IMG/VR virus record: IMGVR_UViG_3300009618_000004
Source of the DNA: an uncultured virus (IMG/VR IMGVR_UViG_3300009618_000004)
Lineage: Duplodnaviria; Heunggongvirae; Uroviricota; Caudoviricetes
DNA: 20,000 nucleotides
Direction: 5' to 3' (one strand)
Positions 8,338-16,646 of the stretch are shown one piece after another. The notes beneath the pieces are model-generated. The model had not been told where the DNA came from, searched no databases, and worked only from the letters and a program-made list of their open reading frames with translations. A program made the position numbers and the translations under genes. The stretch's first letter is position 1. Each line of letters starts with the position of its first letter.

Positions 8338-8726
8338 GCGACCCCTTTCCTGCGATGCGAACCTGGCTTTGGTCCCCGCTTGCGCGCGCACATTACCTTG
8401 ATGCGCTCCAGCAATTCGACCATCGACGGCCGGAAAAGGCAAACGTCAGGCGCCTGGGTCAATGGCAATCCGCCGGCTTTCTCTGAGAGTACGATCGACG
8501 GCGTGCGCGGACAGATTTGCTTGGCGCTGGCCAGCATATCGTCCAGGTTCTCTACGGGGCACTGGCAGAGCAAAAGGTCAAAGCCCAGGTCGGGGAGAAC
8601 TTTGATCGCGCTTTGCGCTGTCTCCTCGGCAATGACTCTGTATCTGTTAGTGGTAAGCGCATACTTTAATACACCAAGATTCTCGGTGTTATTGCCTACC
8701 AGCAGGATGAGTTTCTTCGGCCTCAC
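8334..8726 (-). CDS. Degenerate single-domain response regulator (pseudo-receiver)
   Basis: MRPKKLILLVGNN..YRVI..AIKVL..FDLLL..PRTPSIVLS..ELLERIKV..RKRGPK follows the CheY-like pattern. GTGA coupling at 8723-8726. Confidence 0.7.
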   Translation of the reverse strand: MRPKKLILLVGNNTENLGVLKYALTTNRYRVIAEETAQSAIKVLPDLGFDLLLCQCPVENLDDMLASAKQICPRTPSIVLSEKAGGLPLTQAPDVCLFRPSMVELLERIKVMCARKRGPKPGSHRRKGVA

Positions 8727-8893
8727 GCGGCCTTCTTGTGCAGCGGGTAGTCTTGCGGAAATCCGCACTGGGCGCAGCCATTGTGACAAGGCTTTCCCAT
8801 CGTCACAAACTGATGAGCATCCGCGGGTTCGACAACCGGAGGCGGAAAGCGCCAGCCGCTGAAAGTGAATATCGGCTTCGTGTTGGTTTGCAT
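8723..8893 (-). CDS. Small Cys/His protein (MQTNTKP...)
   Basis: AGGAGG RBS directly after a promoter; HQF..CAQCG..PLH motif. Confidence 0.7.
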   Translation of the reverse strand: MQTNTKPIFTFSGWRFPPPVVEPADAHQFVTMGKPCHNGCAQCGFPQDYPLHKKAA

Positions 8894-8910
8894 GGCAACC
8901 TCCTGAATGC

Positions 8911-8939
8911 ATACTACGCATATTTGCGGAAAATAGCAA
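8911..8939 (-). promoter_or_regulatory. Sigma70-type promoter TTGCTA-N17-TAGTAT
   Basis: Lies in a 49-bp intergenic gap upstream of 8893; the spacer holds the palindrome-like CGCAAATATGCG. Confidence 0.7.
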
Positions 8940-8942
8940 GCG

Positions 8943-9308
8943 TTATTTTTCAACATACACGCGGCTGGTCCAGATGGCGTGGAGGTTACCGTTCTTCTCC
9001 GGCCGTATGCTTCGCGCGAATCGATCTGTCCTCGCCAGTATCCCCATCTGGGCTCCGCGTTTCATTGCCGGGCCGATCGCGGCCAGGTTATGCGTCTCGG
9101 GCGGATTGGGCAGCGTCTCTATCTCGGCGAGCACGTCGTCGCTGGTGATCTCCGCTTTTTTGCGCGCCGCGGCCAATACGCAGCCGTCGAACACGTGGCG
9201 CCAGCGCTGGTTCGCGTTTTCGTCCGCCTGCTTCATGCCGTCATAGATCCGCGCCTGGGCTGCCGGCGGAAGACGCTGGGTGAAATCCAGAGCGTATTGC
9301 TGCATCAT
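8943..9308 (-). CDS. Hypothetical phage protein, possibly winged-helix-like
   Basis: GGAGGG RBS, ATGA coupling; ITSDDV..AIGPAMKRGAQMGIL..W.S pattern. Confidence 0.7.
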   Translation of the reverse strand: MMQQYALDFTQRLPPAAQARIYDGMKQADENANQRWRHVFDGCVLAAARKKAEITSDDVLAEIETLPNPPETHNLAAIGPAMKRGAQMGILARTDRFARSIRPEKNGNLHAIWTSRVYVEK

Positions 9309-9502
9309 TGAGCCCTCCGTGGCTCATACTCCACCGCCCGCTCACGCCAGTCTGCGCAATGCGCAATCCGAGCATGTTCCTCGTTGTCTTTCGCTACAAG
9401 TTTCTCCGCCGTCGCCTGTTTCAACTTAAAGCCGACCACCTGCAACGGCCGCCAAGTCCGCCCCGCGTCTTCGCTCCGCTCGATAATCCAGATGGAAGTC
9501 AT
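9305..9502 (-). CDS. Hypothetical protein
   Basis: GAGGTG RBS; TAATG coupling to the MTase-2 C-fragment stop. Confidence 0.65.
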   Translation of the reverse strand: MTSIWIIERSEDAGRTWRPLQVVGFKLKQATAEKLVAKDNEEHARIAHCADWRERAVEYEPRRAQ

Positions 9503-10923
9503 TAGATCACCTCAATCTCATTCAGCAGTGGCGCAGCCTCGCGGATGCGTTTCTCGGCCATTGCTGCATAGACCGGGTTCAACTCGATTCCAATGAACTC
9601 GCGGCCATACCGCAGCGCCACCACGCCGGTTGTACCACTGCCGCTGAAAGGGTCGAGCACCGTGCCCGCCGGTTCAATCGGGCAGTGACAGGACTTTTCG
9701 GCTGGCTTGATGTGCCCATATCCCAACAAGAGGTCCAGCAAATCCGATGGAAGGGGCCGTGCGCCGGAAAGGTCAGTGCGAATGTAATGGGCGAACGCCG
9801 GGCCGCAAAGTGCTGCAATCTTTTCCCGGTTAGGGTGAGTGCGCAGTTGCTCGGCATATTGCCGCTGCTCATACCGTGTGATCGGGCGCGTTCCTTCGTC
9901 GGAACGGCGAGGCCGTGACATGCCAGCGCGTCCGATTTCCAGCGTAGGGTCATCTATCGGCCCTGACCCGGTGGGAGTTTCAATGACCTCGCAACAGTTG
10001 CAACGCTTGCCGGCAGGCGGGCAGCCTGCCAGAATGCACGGCACGATCAACTCTTCAGGGAAGGTGGCGAAGTGGGCTTCCTTGTACGGCTGTGTGGCGA
10101 CGGTCCAGACATCACGCTTGTTGCGGGTCTCCCAAGGCACATCGGCAATCTTCATCAACCCCGCAGCAGTGCGATGCTCCTCGCTGTCGCTGCCCTCATA
10201 TTCAGTCACCAATTTATGCGACTTGTTGCCTGCGGTTCGAGGCTTATTGGACGACCGGCCAAGCTGATGCTCCGCCGTCTTCCCATTGTTGAACTTGTTG
10301 CCTTTGAAACTGCGTGGCTCGCCCCCATGCTGCTGATCTTCTGGCCGTCCGTCTAATTCCCATGCGCCCTTGCTGGTGTATGGACGCCGCGGATCGCAAG
10401 TTGCTGAAGGCTCTTTGATGGCATCGAAATCAAAGTAGTAACGTGGCGACTTGGTTAATAGAAACAGGTACTCGTGGCTCTTGGTGCAGCGATCGGTGAC
10501 GCTCTCCGGCATCGGGTTCGGTTTGGCCCAGATAATGTCCTGGCGCAGATACCAGCCGTCGGCGCGCAGAGCAAAGGCCAGCATCCATGGGATGCCTACT
10601 AGGTCTTTAGGTTTAATTGTTTCATGCCGTCCATCTGAGGGGCGTTTGCTCATTTGAACAGTTCCACCAGATTGAACATAACCTCTTGCTTCAGCGGTTG
10701 CTCGTGCCTTACTGCTTCCGTTTTCTCCTTTTCCTCCCCAATAGGAATCTCCGATATTAAGCCATAAAGTTCCGTCACTCCGCAGAACTCGTCGCACCTC
10801 ACGAAAGACCGCAACCATGCGACAGACGTAGCACTCTCCACACTCCGCCGGCTCAAAAAACTGCTTCAAATCGGCAGGAATTTCATGCTTGCCAACAAGT
10901 ACATCTCGGCCTAGAATCTTCAT
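9502..10923 (-). CDS. DNA methyltransferase MTase-2, C-terminal fragment (lacks motif IV)
   Basis: [62 protein letters not shown], motif [24 protein letters not shown] lies 9 nt before ATG, with an in-frame TAG just upstream. Confidence 0.92.
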   Translation of the reverse strand: MKILGRDVLVGKHEIPADLKQFFEPAECGECYVCRMVAVFREVRRVLRSDGTLWLNIGDSYWGGKGENGSSKARATAEARGYVQSGGTVQMSKRPSDGRHETIKPKDLVGIPWMLAFALRADGWYLRQDIIWAKPNPMPESVTDRCTKSHEYLFLLTKSPRYYFDFDAIKEPSATCDPRRPYTSKGAWELDGRPEDQQHGGEPRSFKGNKFNNGKTAEHQLGRSSNKPRTAGNKSHKLVTEYEGSDSEEHRTAAGLMKIADVPWETRNKRDVWTVATQPYKEAHFATFPEELIVPCILAGCPPAGKRCNCCEVIETPTGSGPIDDPTLEIGRAGMSRPRRSDEGTRPITRYEQRQYAEQLRTHPNREKIAALCGPAFAHYIRTDLSGARPLPSDLLDLLLGYGHIKPAEKSCHCPIEPAGTVLDPFSGSGTTGVVALRYGREFIGIELNPVYAAMAEKRIREAAPLLNEIEVI

Positions 10924-10925
10924 AG

Positions 10926-11573
10926 ATGAAAACCCCTAGAATATGTGAGCAGTGTGGTAATGAATACCAGAAACGCGGTCTTCGCTTTTGCAGCAACTCC
11001 TGCCGTGTGACATTCGTCAACCTGCACAACAATGTGGCTAAACGCCCAGAGGTACGGTCCAAGATTGCGGCAGCGGCTCGCGCCAGCAGTCGGCAAGCTC
11101 AGTTGATGACCCCGGCTGCCCGCGAGAAGGCTGTCAAGGCGATTGGGGAAGCTCTGCGCAACAGGCCACTTACGCCTGAGCATAGGGCCGCTATCGGGAG
11201 AGGATCGAAACTCGCGGGATGTAGACCGCCCAGGAATCTGCACCTGGTTGGACCGACACACCCGAACTGGAAGGGCGGAACTTCCACGCTCCGAAACGCT
11301 GATTTCAAAAATCCAGCATACAAGGCTTTTCGAGCAGCAGTGCTGGAACAAGACGATTGGACCTGCCAAAAGTGCGGTAAGCGTGGCGGTAGGCTCCATG
11401 TTCACCACATCAAATCGTGGGCTGAATTCCCCGACTTGCGTTACGACCCCGCGAATGGCTCTACTCGTTGCCATGCTTGTCACCATGCGGAGCACCGGGG
11501 GCAGCCACGCCCAAAAGGCGCTGGACCACGTACACTCGCTGCTCGTCTGTTAAATCCCGCCGTAGTCGCATAA
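10926..11573 (+). CDS. HNH homing endonuclease (Zn finger + NUMOD3-like + HNH), antisense within MTase-2
   Basis: [55 protein letters not shown]. Confidence 0.92.
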   Translation: MKTPRICEQCGNEYQKRGLRFCSNSCRVTFVNLHNNVAKRPEVRSKIAAAARASSRQAQLMTPAAREKAVKAIGEALRNRPLTPEHRAAIGRGSKLAGCRPPRNLHLVGPTHPNWKGGTSTLRNADFKNPAYKAFRAAVLEQDDWTCQKCGKRGGRLHVHHIKSWAEFPDLRYDPANGSTRCHACHHAEHRGQPRPKGAGPRTLAARLLNPAVVA

Positions 11574-11919
11574 GCCCATGCGCCCCACAACTCGGCGTCT
11601 TTTCGAGACCGATCTGCCGGTCGACACGGACGGCACCGCATTTGCCGCAAACGTCCTTAAAGTTCGCCCCGGCCCCCGCAATCAACGTGCGATTCTGCGC
11701 GTAGCTATCGGTCTCGACCGGACGACCGTCGCCGTGCGGGATCTGGCGACGCTCGCCGTTCGCGCGATGGTCACATCCGACGGAGCCGCCCTCCCACTCA
11801 GCCGTCCCGTAATCGCGCAAGCCCCAGTAGGGTGGGCTGGTCACCACGCATTGGACGGCCTCATCCGGCAGGCCGCGTAGCCGCTCCAGCGCATCGCCAA
11901 TCAGGATTATTGCTTTCAT
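11461..11919 (-). CDS. DNA methyltransferase MTase-2, N-terminal fragment (catalytic SPPY)
   Basis: ILIGDALERLRGLPDEAVQCVVTSPPYWGLRDYG...QIGLEKTP; GGAAGG RBS; TAG stop at 11461-11463. Confidence 0.92.
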   Translation of the reverse strand: MKAIILIGDALERLRGLPDEAVQCVVTSPPYWGLRDYGTAEWEGGSVGCDHRANGERRQIPHGDGRPVETDSYAQNRTLIAGAGANFKDVCGKCGAVRVDRQIGLEKTPSCGAHGLMRLRRDLTDEQRVYVVQRLLGVAAPGAPHGDKHGNE

Positions 11920-11936
11920 CACTACCTTCCAAATTC

Positions 11937-11965
11937 ACACTACGCGCTTTTGCAGAAACATTCAA
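11937..11965 (-). promoter_or_regulatory. Sigma70-type promoter TTGAAT-N17-TAGTGT driving the leftward operon
   Basis: Directly upstream of the 11919 RBS, with an AT-rich upstream tract; spacer resembles that of the 8911-8939 promoter. Confidence 0.65.
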
Positions 11966-12355
11966 GAAAATAATAACGCTAATTTGTGGATACGCAAATA
12001 TGCAGAAGCGCGGAGGGGAGCCGAGAAATTTGTATGGGAACGGTTGGTCGTGGGTCGTGGGCGTGCGGTCGAGGGCACCCCCTGGGCGCGCGTTGGGCGC
12101 GGGGCGGGTTGCACGGAGCGTCGAGCGGCGGCCGGGGCGGGCCTGGCTGGCCGCGCAAGGCGGGGGCGCGCGCTCCACAAACGGGGCCGACGGCAGAAAA
12201 AACACCTTCCCCGCTCTATTTTCGCTGTAATCTCTCTATCTACAAGGGAATCTACTACATACGGCGCTCTCCGCTCTCTCATGTGTTGAGCCTATACACA
12301 AGGGGCGTGTTGTATCAATATATATGGTGGTAGTTTGGGAACATCGGCGAGATGA

Positions 12356-12865
12356 TTACCGGCGCGGCGGGTTGCACTCCGGGCAGGAAAGCCAGTTGAC
12401 CCAATCGTGCGGGCAGCGCGCACCAAACGTATGGGGCGTGCTGAGCGACTTCACGACCTGAGCGAAGCGAGACGGTGCGCCGGCAGGGTTGGACGGCCGC
12501 ACGACCGATTGATCAGAGCGAACACATGAGACCTGGACACCAACAGGGATCGGAACCGGCGGAAGGCTAGAGGCTGGCTGCACCAGATCGGCAGGCGAGA
12601 CGGCAGGGACCGGCGAAGCCTTGAGAGTACGCGTAGCTTTGCCGCGCCGTGGAAAACTGGACTGACTAGGGCGCGCCGAGGTGGGCGAGCTTACCTCTAC
12701 CTGGCGCGGCTGCTCGACTTGAGGCGCGGGCTGGACCTGAGACCGATTCCATTTGATCGACTTGCAGCGCGCACATCGACGGACGGCGGAAGGATCGCCG
12801 ACAGGTAACCACCGATGGCCGCAACCCGGAACCTCACAGACACATATCCTGGCCCACTCAATCAT
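12356..12865 (-). CDS. Zn-ribbon protein with Pro/Ser-rich linker
   Basis: C..CGHRWLP..RRCARCKSIKWN N-terminus; CPH..CPEC C-terminus. Confidence 0.6.
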   Translation of the reverse strand: MIEWARICVCEVPGCGHRWLPVGDPSAVRRCARCKSIKWNRSQVQPAPQVEQPRQVEVSSPTSARPSQSSFPRRGKATRTLKASPVPAVSPADLVQPASSLPPVPIPVGVQVSCVRSDQSVVRPSNPAGAPSRFAQVVKSLSTPHTFGARCPHDWVNWLSCPECNPPRR

Positions 12866-13206
12866 GACCCAATAGTACACCGCTTTGCACTATTGGTACA
12901 AACAGCAAAACAGCCATGCTAGAGCCTGTCCGAGTCTCCGCCGGACGCTCCTAGAGGCTGCCAGAGGCCGGATTCCGGCTAGATTTGGGCTTGCGCGAGC
13001 AGAGACCCTCAACTTCCCGCGCGCCATTTTCCCCACTTTTCCGCCGTCAGACCGACAATGACCGATGGCAAGTAGACTTTCCATCTACTTGTAACCTGAC
13101 TACGGCAAACGGTACAGAAGATCGGCCAAAACAGGGTAAAAGCGCCTTCATTATTTTCTGTGGATAACTCTGGAAGTGTGCGTCATTATTGGTTGAAAGA
13201 TTTCTC

Positions 13207-13236
13207 TTGACATCATGCTTGCTATAAGAGTATAGG
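13207..13236 (+). promoter_or_regulatory. Candidate promoter TTGACA-N18-TATAGG for the rightward cluster
   Basis: Perfect -35 in an AT-rich stretch ~60 nt before the first + strand gene; the -10 is imperfect. Confidence 0.5.
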
Positions 13237-13292
13237 TTATTCAGTGACCTGTGGTATGGGTTATAGAGGCTCTACCAGAGCCGGGAGCTAAG

Positions 13293-13565
13293 ATGGAAGC
13301 CAATTCACTCAACATGTATGGACGGTGTGAACGGTGCGGTAGATTCCGCCCGTTCGTTCTTGCGTCTGGCTTCAATCCCGATGAATCCTTCAGAATGCTT
13401 TGTTCGGGCTGTGACCGGATAGAACGGCCACGGAATCAGCGTGCGCTGTTTGTTGGGGTTGCGCCTGTGTGGATTGGCGAGCCGGAGCCAGAAGAGGAAC
13501 CGGAGCCGGTTTACGTGCCCAGAGAGTCGCCGCAGATGAGTTTGTTTATGGAGGTTTACCAATGA
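13293..13565 (+). CDS. Small CxxC..CxxC protein
   Basis: GGGAG RBS; ATGA-coupled to the next gene. Confidence 0.65.
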   Translation: MEANSLNMYGRCERCGRFRPFVLASGFNPDESFRMLCSGCDRIERPRNQRALFVGVAPVWIGEPEPEEEPEPVYVPRESPQMSLFMEVYQ

Positions 13566-13849
13566 CAGGCCCAGAAGTTCACAATTTGACCACCGATGAA
13601 GTGTTTATCTACGACAGCAGGCTTACACCCGCTCAAGCTGTCCGAAACGCCTACGCTGCAACGATCAGCGGCAATAGTTACGAGTGGGCCCAGCGTTTCC
13701 CGTTGTCGATGGTACACGAGGCGCGCTACGGTTCGCGCGTTGTTTACTCGCTGGGGGATTTCTCCTGCGTCACCATCGACCAGGAGTATTACAGCATCAA
13801 TAATACAATCCGCACGGGACCGGATGGATGTTTCCCGTCCCTGAGCTAA
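13562..13849 (+). CDS. Hypothetical protein (MTGPEVHN...)
   Basis: GGAGG RBS. Confidence 0.7.
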   Translation: MTGPEVHNLTTDEVFIYDSRLTPAQAVRNAYAATISGNSYEWAQRFPLSMVHEARYGSRVVYSLGDFSCVTIDQEYYSINNTIRTGPDGCFPSLS

Positions 13850-13892
13850 ACGCAGTACAACACCGGCCACCAGCCGGAGAGGAGTAAAAGAA

Positions 13893-14330
13893 ATGTTCGC
13901 AATTCGCAAGGGCAATACAATCACAATCGCACCGCTGGAAGATGCTCTAGTAGGCTTGCAGTCCGGATGGGCGATACGTTTCGCCGATAAACCTCAATTC
14001 CTCTTCCGTATTTCGCGCGAGAACATTGACGGCTTGAAGATGACAATGGATCAGGCAATTGAGAACTGTGCGCGTATCGCCAGACGGGAAGGGCTCGATC
14101 TTCGCTCCAATGCCTGTGACGCGCAAGTCTTTGAGTTGGCTACCGATGGAGAGCATAAGGCGTGCGAGTTGCTCGGAATCCCGTTTCCATCCGCTGATCG
14201 CCTTCTACCGGCTGTGAAGTTAGTGCAAGATCGCTTGGCCGCGCTAGAAGCTACTACAGCTTGCGATTATTGCGACAGCATCCAAAACATGACCGGAACA
14301 CGCAACTGCCCGATTCACGCGGCAGTTTAA
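13893..14330 (+). CDS. Hypothetical protein
   Basis: AGGAG RBS; C-terminal CxxC..CPIH. Confidence 0.7.
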   Translation: MFAIRKGNTITIAPLEDALVGLQSGWAIRFADKPQFLFRISRENIDGLKMTMDQAIENCARIARREGLDLRSNACDAQVFELATDGEHKACELLGIPFPSADRLLPAVKLVQDRLAALEATTACDYCDSIQNMTGTRNCPIHAAV

Positions 14331-14480
14331 GGGGATTCATGACACTCTCTGCCATCATCAACCGCTAAGCCACCGCGAGGCCAGCGCGTTACCTGGCCAC
14401 TTCATACCGGCATTATCAGCAAGGAAAGGCAAGGAACCAATGAAATTGAACTACCAGACAGAGGAAAGGCAGGTTATCGC

Positions 14481-14762
14481 ATGATCGCCCCTCACCCATT
14501 CACGCCCACGATCTTTCAAGGCGCGCCACTTCTACGCTGTGACCTGTGCGCGCGCTTCGCCGGAGATCCGCTGCACGTCCTGGCCCTGCCCGGTTGCGAG
14601 ACCTCCGACACAGACCGCGAGACCGCGCGCCAGCTCCAACAGGCCGCAGACCTTACCGCGGCCATGCGCCGGCCGCTTGACAATGTGAGCAAAAAGGCCG
14701 GTAATATGGAACGCAACGCGCCGCTCTTCCTTGGAACCGGCAATAATCCCATTTTGTTCTGA
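14481..14762 (+). CDS. Hypothetical protein
   Basis: HPF..CDLC..PLH motif like that of 8723-8893; collinear with the cluster. Confidence 0.6.
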   Translation: MIAPHPFTPTIFQGAPLLRCDLCARFAGDPLHVLALPGCETSDTDRETARQLQQAADLTAAMRRPLDNVSKKAGNMERNAPLFLGTGNNPILF

Positions 14763-14777
14763 AAGGAACCGCGAACC

Positions 14778-14963
14778 ATGAACCCTTACGGCTACATCGT
14801 GATCGGCCTCCTGATTGGCGCCGCATTCTTCTACGGCTTTTACCGGCTGGACCGCTACGAGAAAGATAACGCCTACTGGCGCGCAGTCGCCACCAAACAG
14901 GCCAGACGGGAAGAATTGAACGCCCAACTGGGCCAGGAATCCCCGATTGACTACAAAGACTGA
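14778..14963 (+). CDS. Small membrane protein
   Basis: AAGGA RBS; N-terminal hydrophobic helix. Confidence 0.65.
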   Translation: MNPYGYIVIGLLIGAAFFYGFYRLDRYEKDNAYWRAVATKQARREELNAQLGQESPIDYKD

Positions 14964-15010
14964 CCAACCGGCGCCGCCCGCAACCGGAAGAAAGCAGACC
15001 CAGCGTGACA

Positions 15011-15190
15011 ATGAAAGATGCAGCATGGCAGCACCGGCCGGATGTGGCGGACGCGCAATTCGCCGACCGGCTCACGCACGTACTCAGCACGGCGCCGAAC
15101 GTTTCCCGCCGCGCGCCCAAACTCTCCACCCTCGACCGGCTGGGCCTGGCTGTCATCGTCCTGGCCGTGCTTGTTCTCCTCTACCTCTAA
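15011..15190 (+). CDS. Small protein with C-terminal membrane anchor
   Basis: LGLAVIVLAVLVLLYL tail; weak RBS. Confidence 0.5.
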   Translation: MKDAAWQHRPDVADAQFADRLTHVLSTAPNVSRRAPKLSTLDRLGLAVIVLAVLVLLYL

Positions 15191-15242
15191 CCGTTGCCGG
15201 AGCGTAACCGGAAGGCCGCACCAGCGGCAGGAGCTAACAGCC

Positions 15243-16502
15243 ATGAAAACACAAGAAATCACGAACGCCCAACGACTTACAGCACTGAAGGCGCTACCCT
15301 TGCCGGTCGGCGCTCAGTTCTCAATTAAGAACGTGGCGAACGCAAACCACAAGCCGCACCCCTATACCATCGGGATAGCTTTCCTTTCGAATGAACACAT
15401 GAAGGCATCGAGCGGCGTTATCGATGGCTCTTTGTGCCGTCGCATCAAATGCGCTCACCCTGGCTGCTCAGTCTCCTACGATGACCACACCAGCGATATT
15501 GTTTGCTTTGTTCAGGTGGCGGCATCGGGCGAACTGAAAGACGTTCCGTTTCTTCAAGAGTTTTTAGTGTCCATCAAGGACAAGGCTGACGAATTGGGTG
15601 TCGTCGGCTTCGCATTCGTTCAGGCTCCGAAAGTCTACGAGCCGAAAGAAAGCGAGCGCATTACACTACGGAAGACGAAGCCAAGCGCGGAGCCGTCGAA
15701 GTTGACCAAACAACAGTACAAGAGCTACGGCCCGCGTCCGGTGGATGGATACGGCAAAGGCGCGGCAATATGGGCGCACGTTCGTTACGATGACGAATGC
15801 GGCAACGGTCACAACACTTTTGCAATTACCGGGACTGTGAGAGTCCCAGGGCAGAGAGGCGAGGCAGCAGGCGGGTGCCTTCACGATGATTTAGCTCTGG
15901 CCTTTCCTGAACTGGCCCCGCTCATCAAGTGGCATTTGTGCGACTCTGACCAGCCCATGCACTACACAGCAAACGCCATATATCACGCCAGCGACCGCGA
16001 TTATAGCGGCAGGTTAGCAGGCGAGCCCTGCTCTTTCTCTCATGCCGTGCAGTTCGGAGATAACCCGATCAAGCACAAAATCAGTAAGAGCTTTTCGACG
16101 TTCCTTCAGGAGAACCGGCGCGGTGTCGGTGGCGACTTTGATTTTGAAGTGATCCGCCTAGACCACGACGGAGGAGAGAAGGAGCGCGACCTGTACGGCC
16201 CGAAGTTTACTTTTGGTGGGTACGCTCAGAAGTGGCACGAATGCCCATTCGACACAGAGCCAGAGGCGCTAGATTTTCTAAAGGCTCTCCACACTTGCGC
16301 GCCGTCTTTCCTCCAGATTCCTACCGCGTGGAGCAAAGGCAAGGCGCGAGACCTGGACGCGGCCCGCAGTTGTGCAGTATGGCCGGAGGCGACCGACGAG
16401 GAACTAACAGCGCCAAGACTGAAAGAGCGGCTAGAAGCGCGGCTCCCCGCCTTGCTGGTGGAGTTCCGGGCAGCAGTCGAAAGTCTAGGCTTTATCTGGT
16501 AG
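15243..16502 (+). CDS. Hypothetical phage protein (419 aa, MKTQEIT...), probably multi-domain
   Basis: AGGAG RBS; RYDDECGNGHNTFAITG..GGCLHD..FPELAPLIKWHL..PMHY motif. Confidence 0.8.
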   Translation: MKTQEITNAQRLTALKALPLPVGAQFSIKNVANANHKPHPYTIGIAFLSNEHMKASSGVIDGSLCRRIKCAHPGCSVSYDDHTSDIVCFVQVAASGELKDVPFLQEFLVSIKDKADELGVVGFAFVQAPKVYEPKESERITLRKTKPSAEPSKLTKQQYKSYGPRPVDGYGKGAAIWAHVRYDDECGNGHNTFAITGTVRVPGQRGEAAGGCLHDDLALAFPELAPLIKWHLCDSDQPMHYTANAIYHASDRDYSGRLAGEPCSFSHAVQFGDNPIKHKISKSFSTFLQENRRGVGGDFDFEVIRLDHDGGEKERDLYGPKFTFGGYAQKWHECPFDTEPEALDFLKALHTCAPSFLQIPTAWSKGKARDLDAARSCAVWPEATDEELTAPRLKERLEARLPALLVEFRAAVESLGFIW

Positions 16503-16513
16503 AATCCCAGCCC

Positions 16514-16646
16514 GCGACGGTGGGCAGCGCAGGCGGTAGGAGACTTGGGAAAGGACTAGCGGCCCCGAGCCTTCAAAGCGGAGGCAACCGAAGTAGCGCC
16601 CTACTTGGCCGAGAGGTTTCCTATCGCCTGCCCTGCCCATCTTCGC
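16514..16646 (+). ncRNA. Candidate structured RNA: 33-position helix closing a branched domain
   Basis: 16514-16546 pairs with 16614-16646 without gaps (2 mismatches, 4 G.U). Inner helices: CGGCC/GGCCG, GCCTTC/GGAGGC, AAGTAG/CTACTT. Intergenic. Confidence 0.65.

Noticed and set aside
10924..11573. Intein or split intein in MTase-2
   Set aside because: No Hint block A/B/F/G motifs or HN/GN-(C/S/T) junction at either fragment end. A group I intron core was not recognisable by eye but is not formally excluded.
11832..12333. Several overlapping Arg/Gly/Ala-rich ORFs
   Set aside because: Chance ORFs in very GC-rich DNA; no RBS or motifs.
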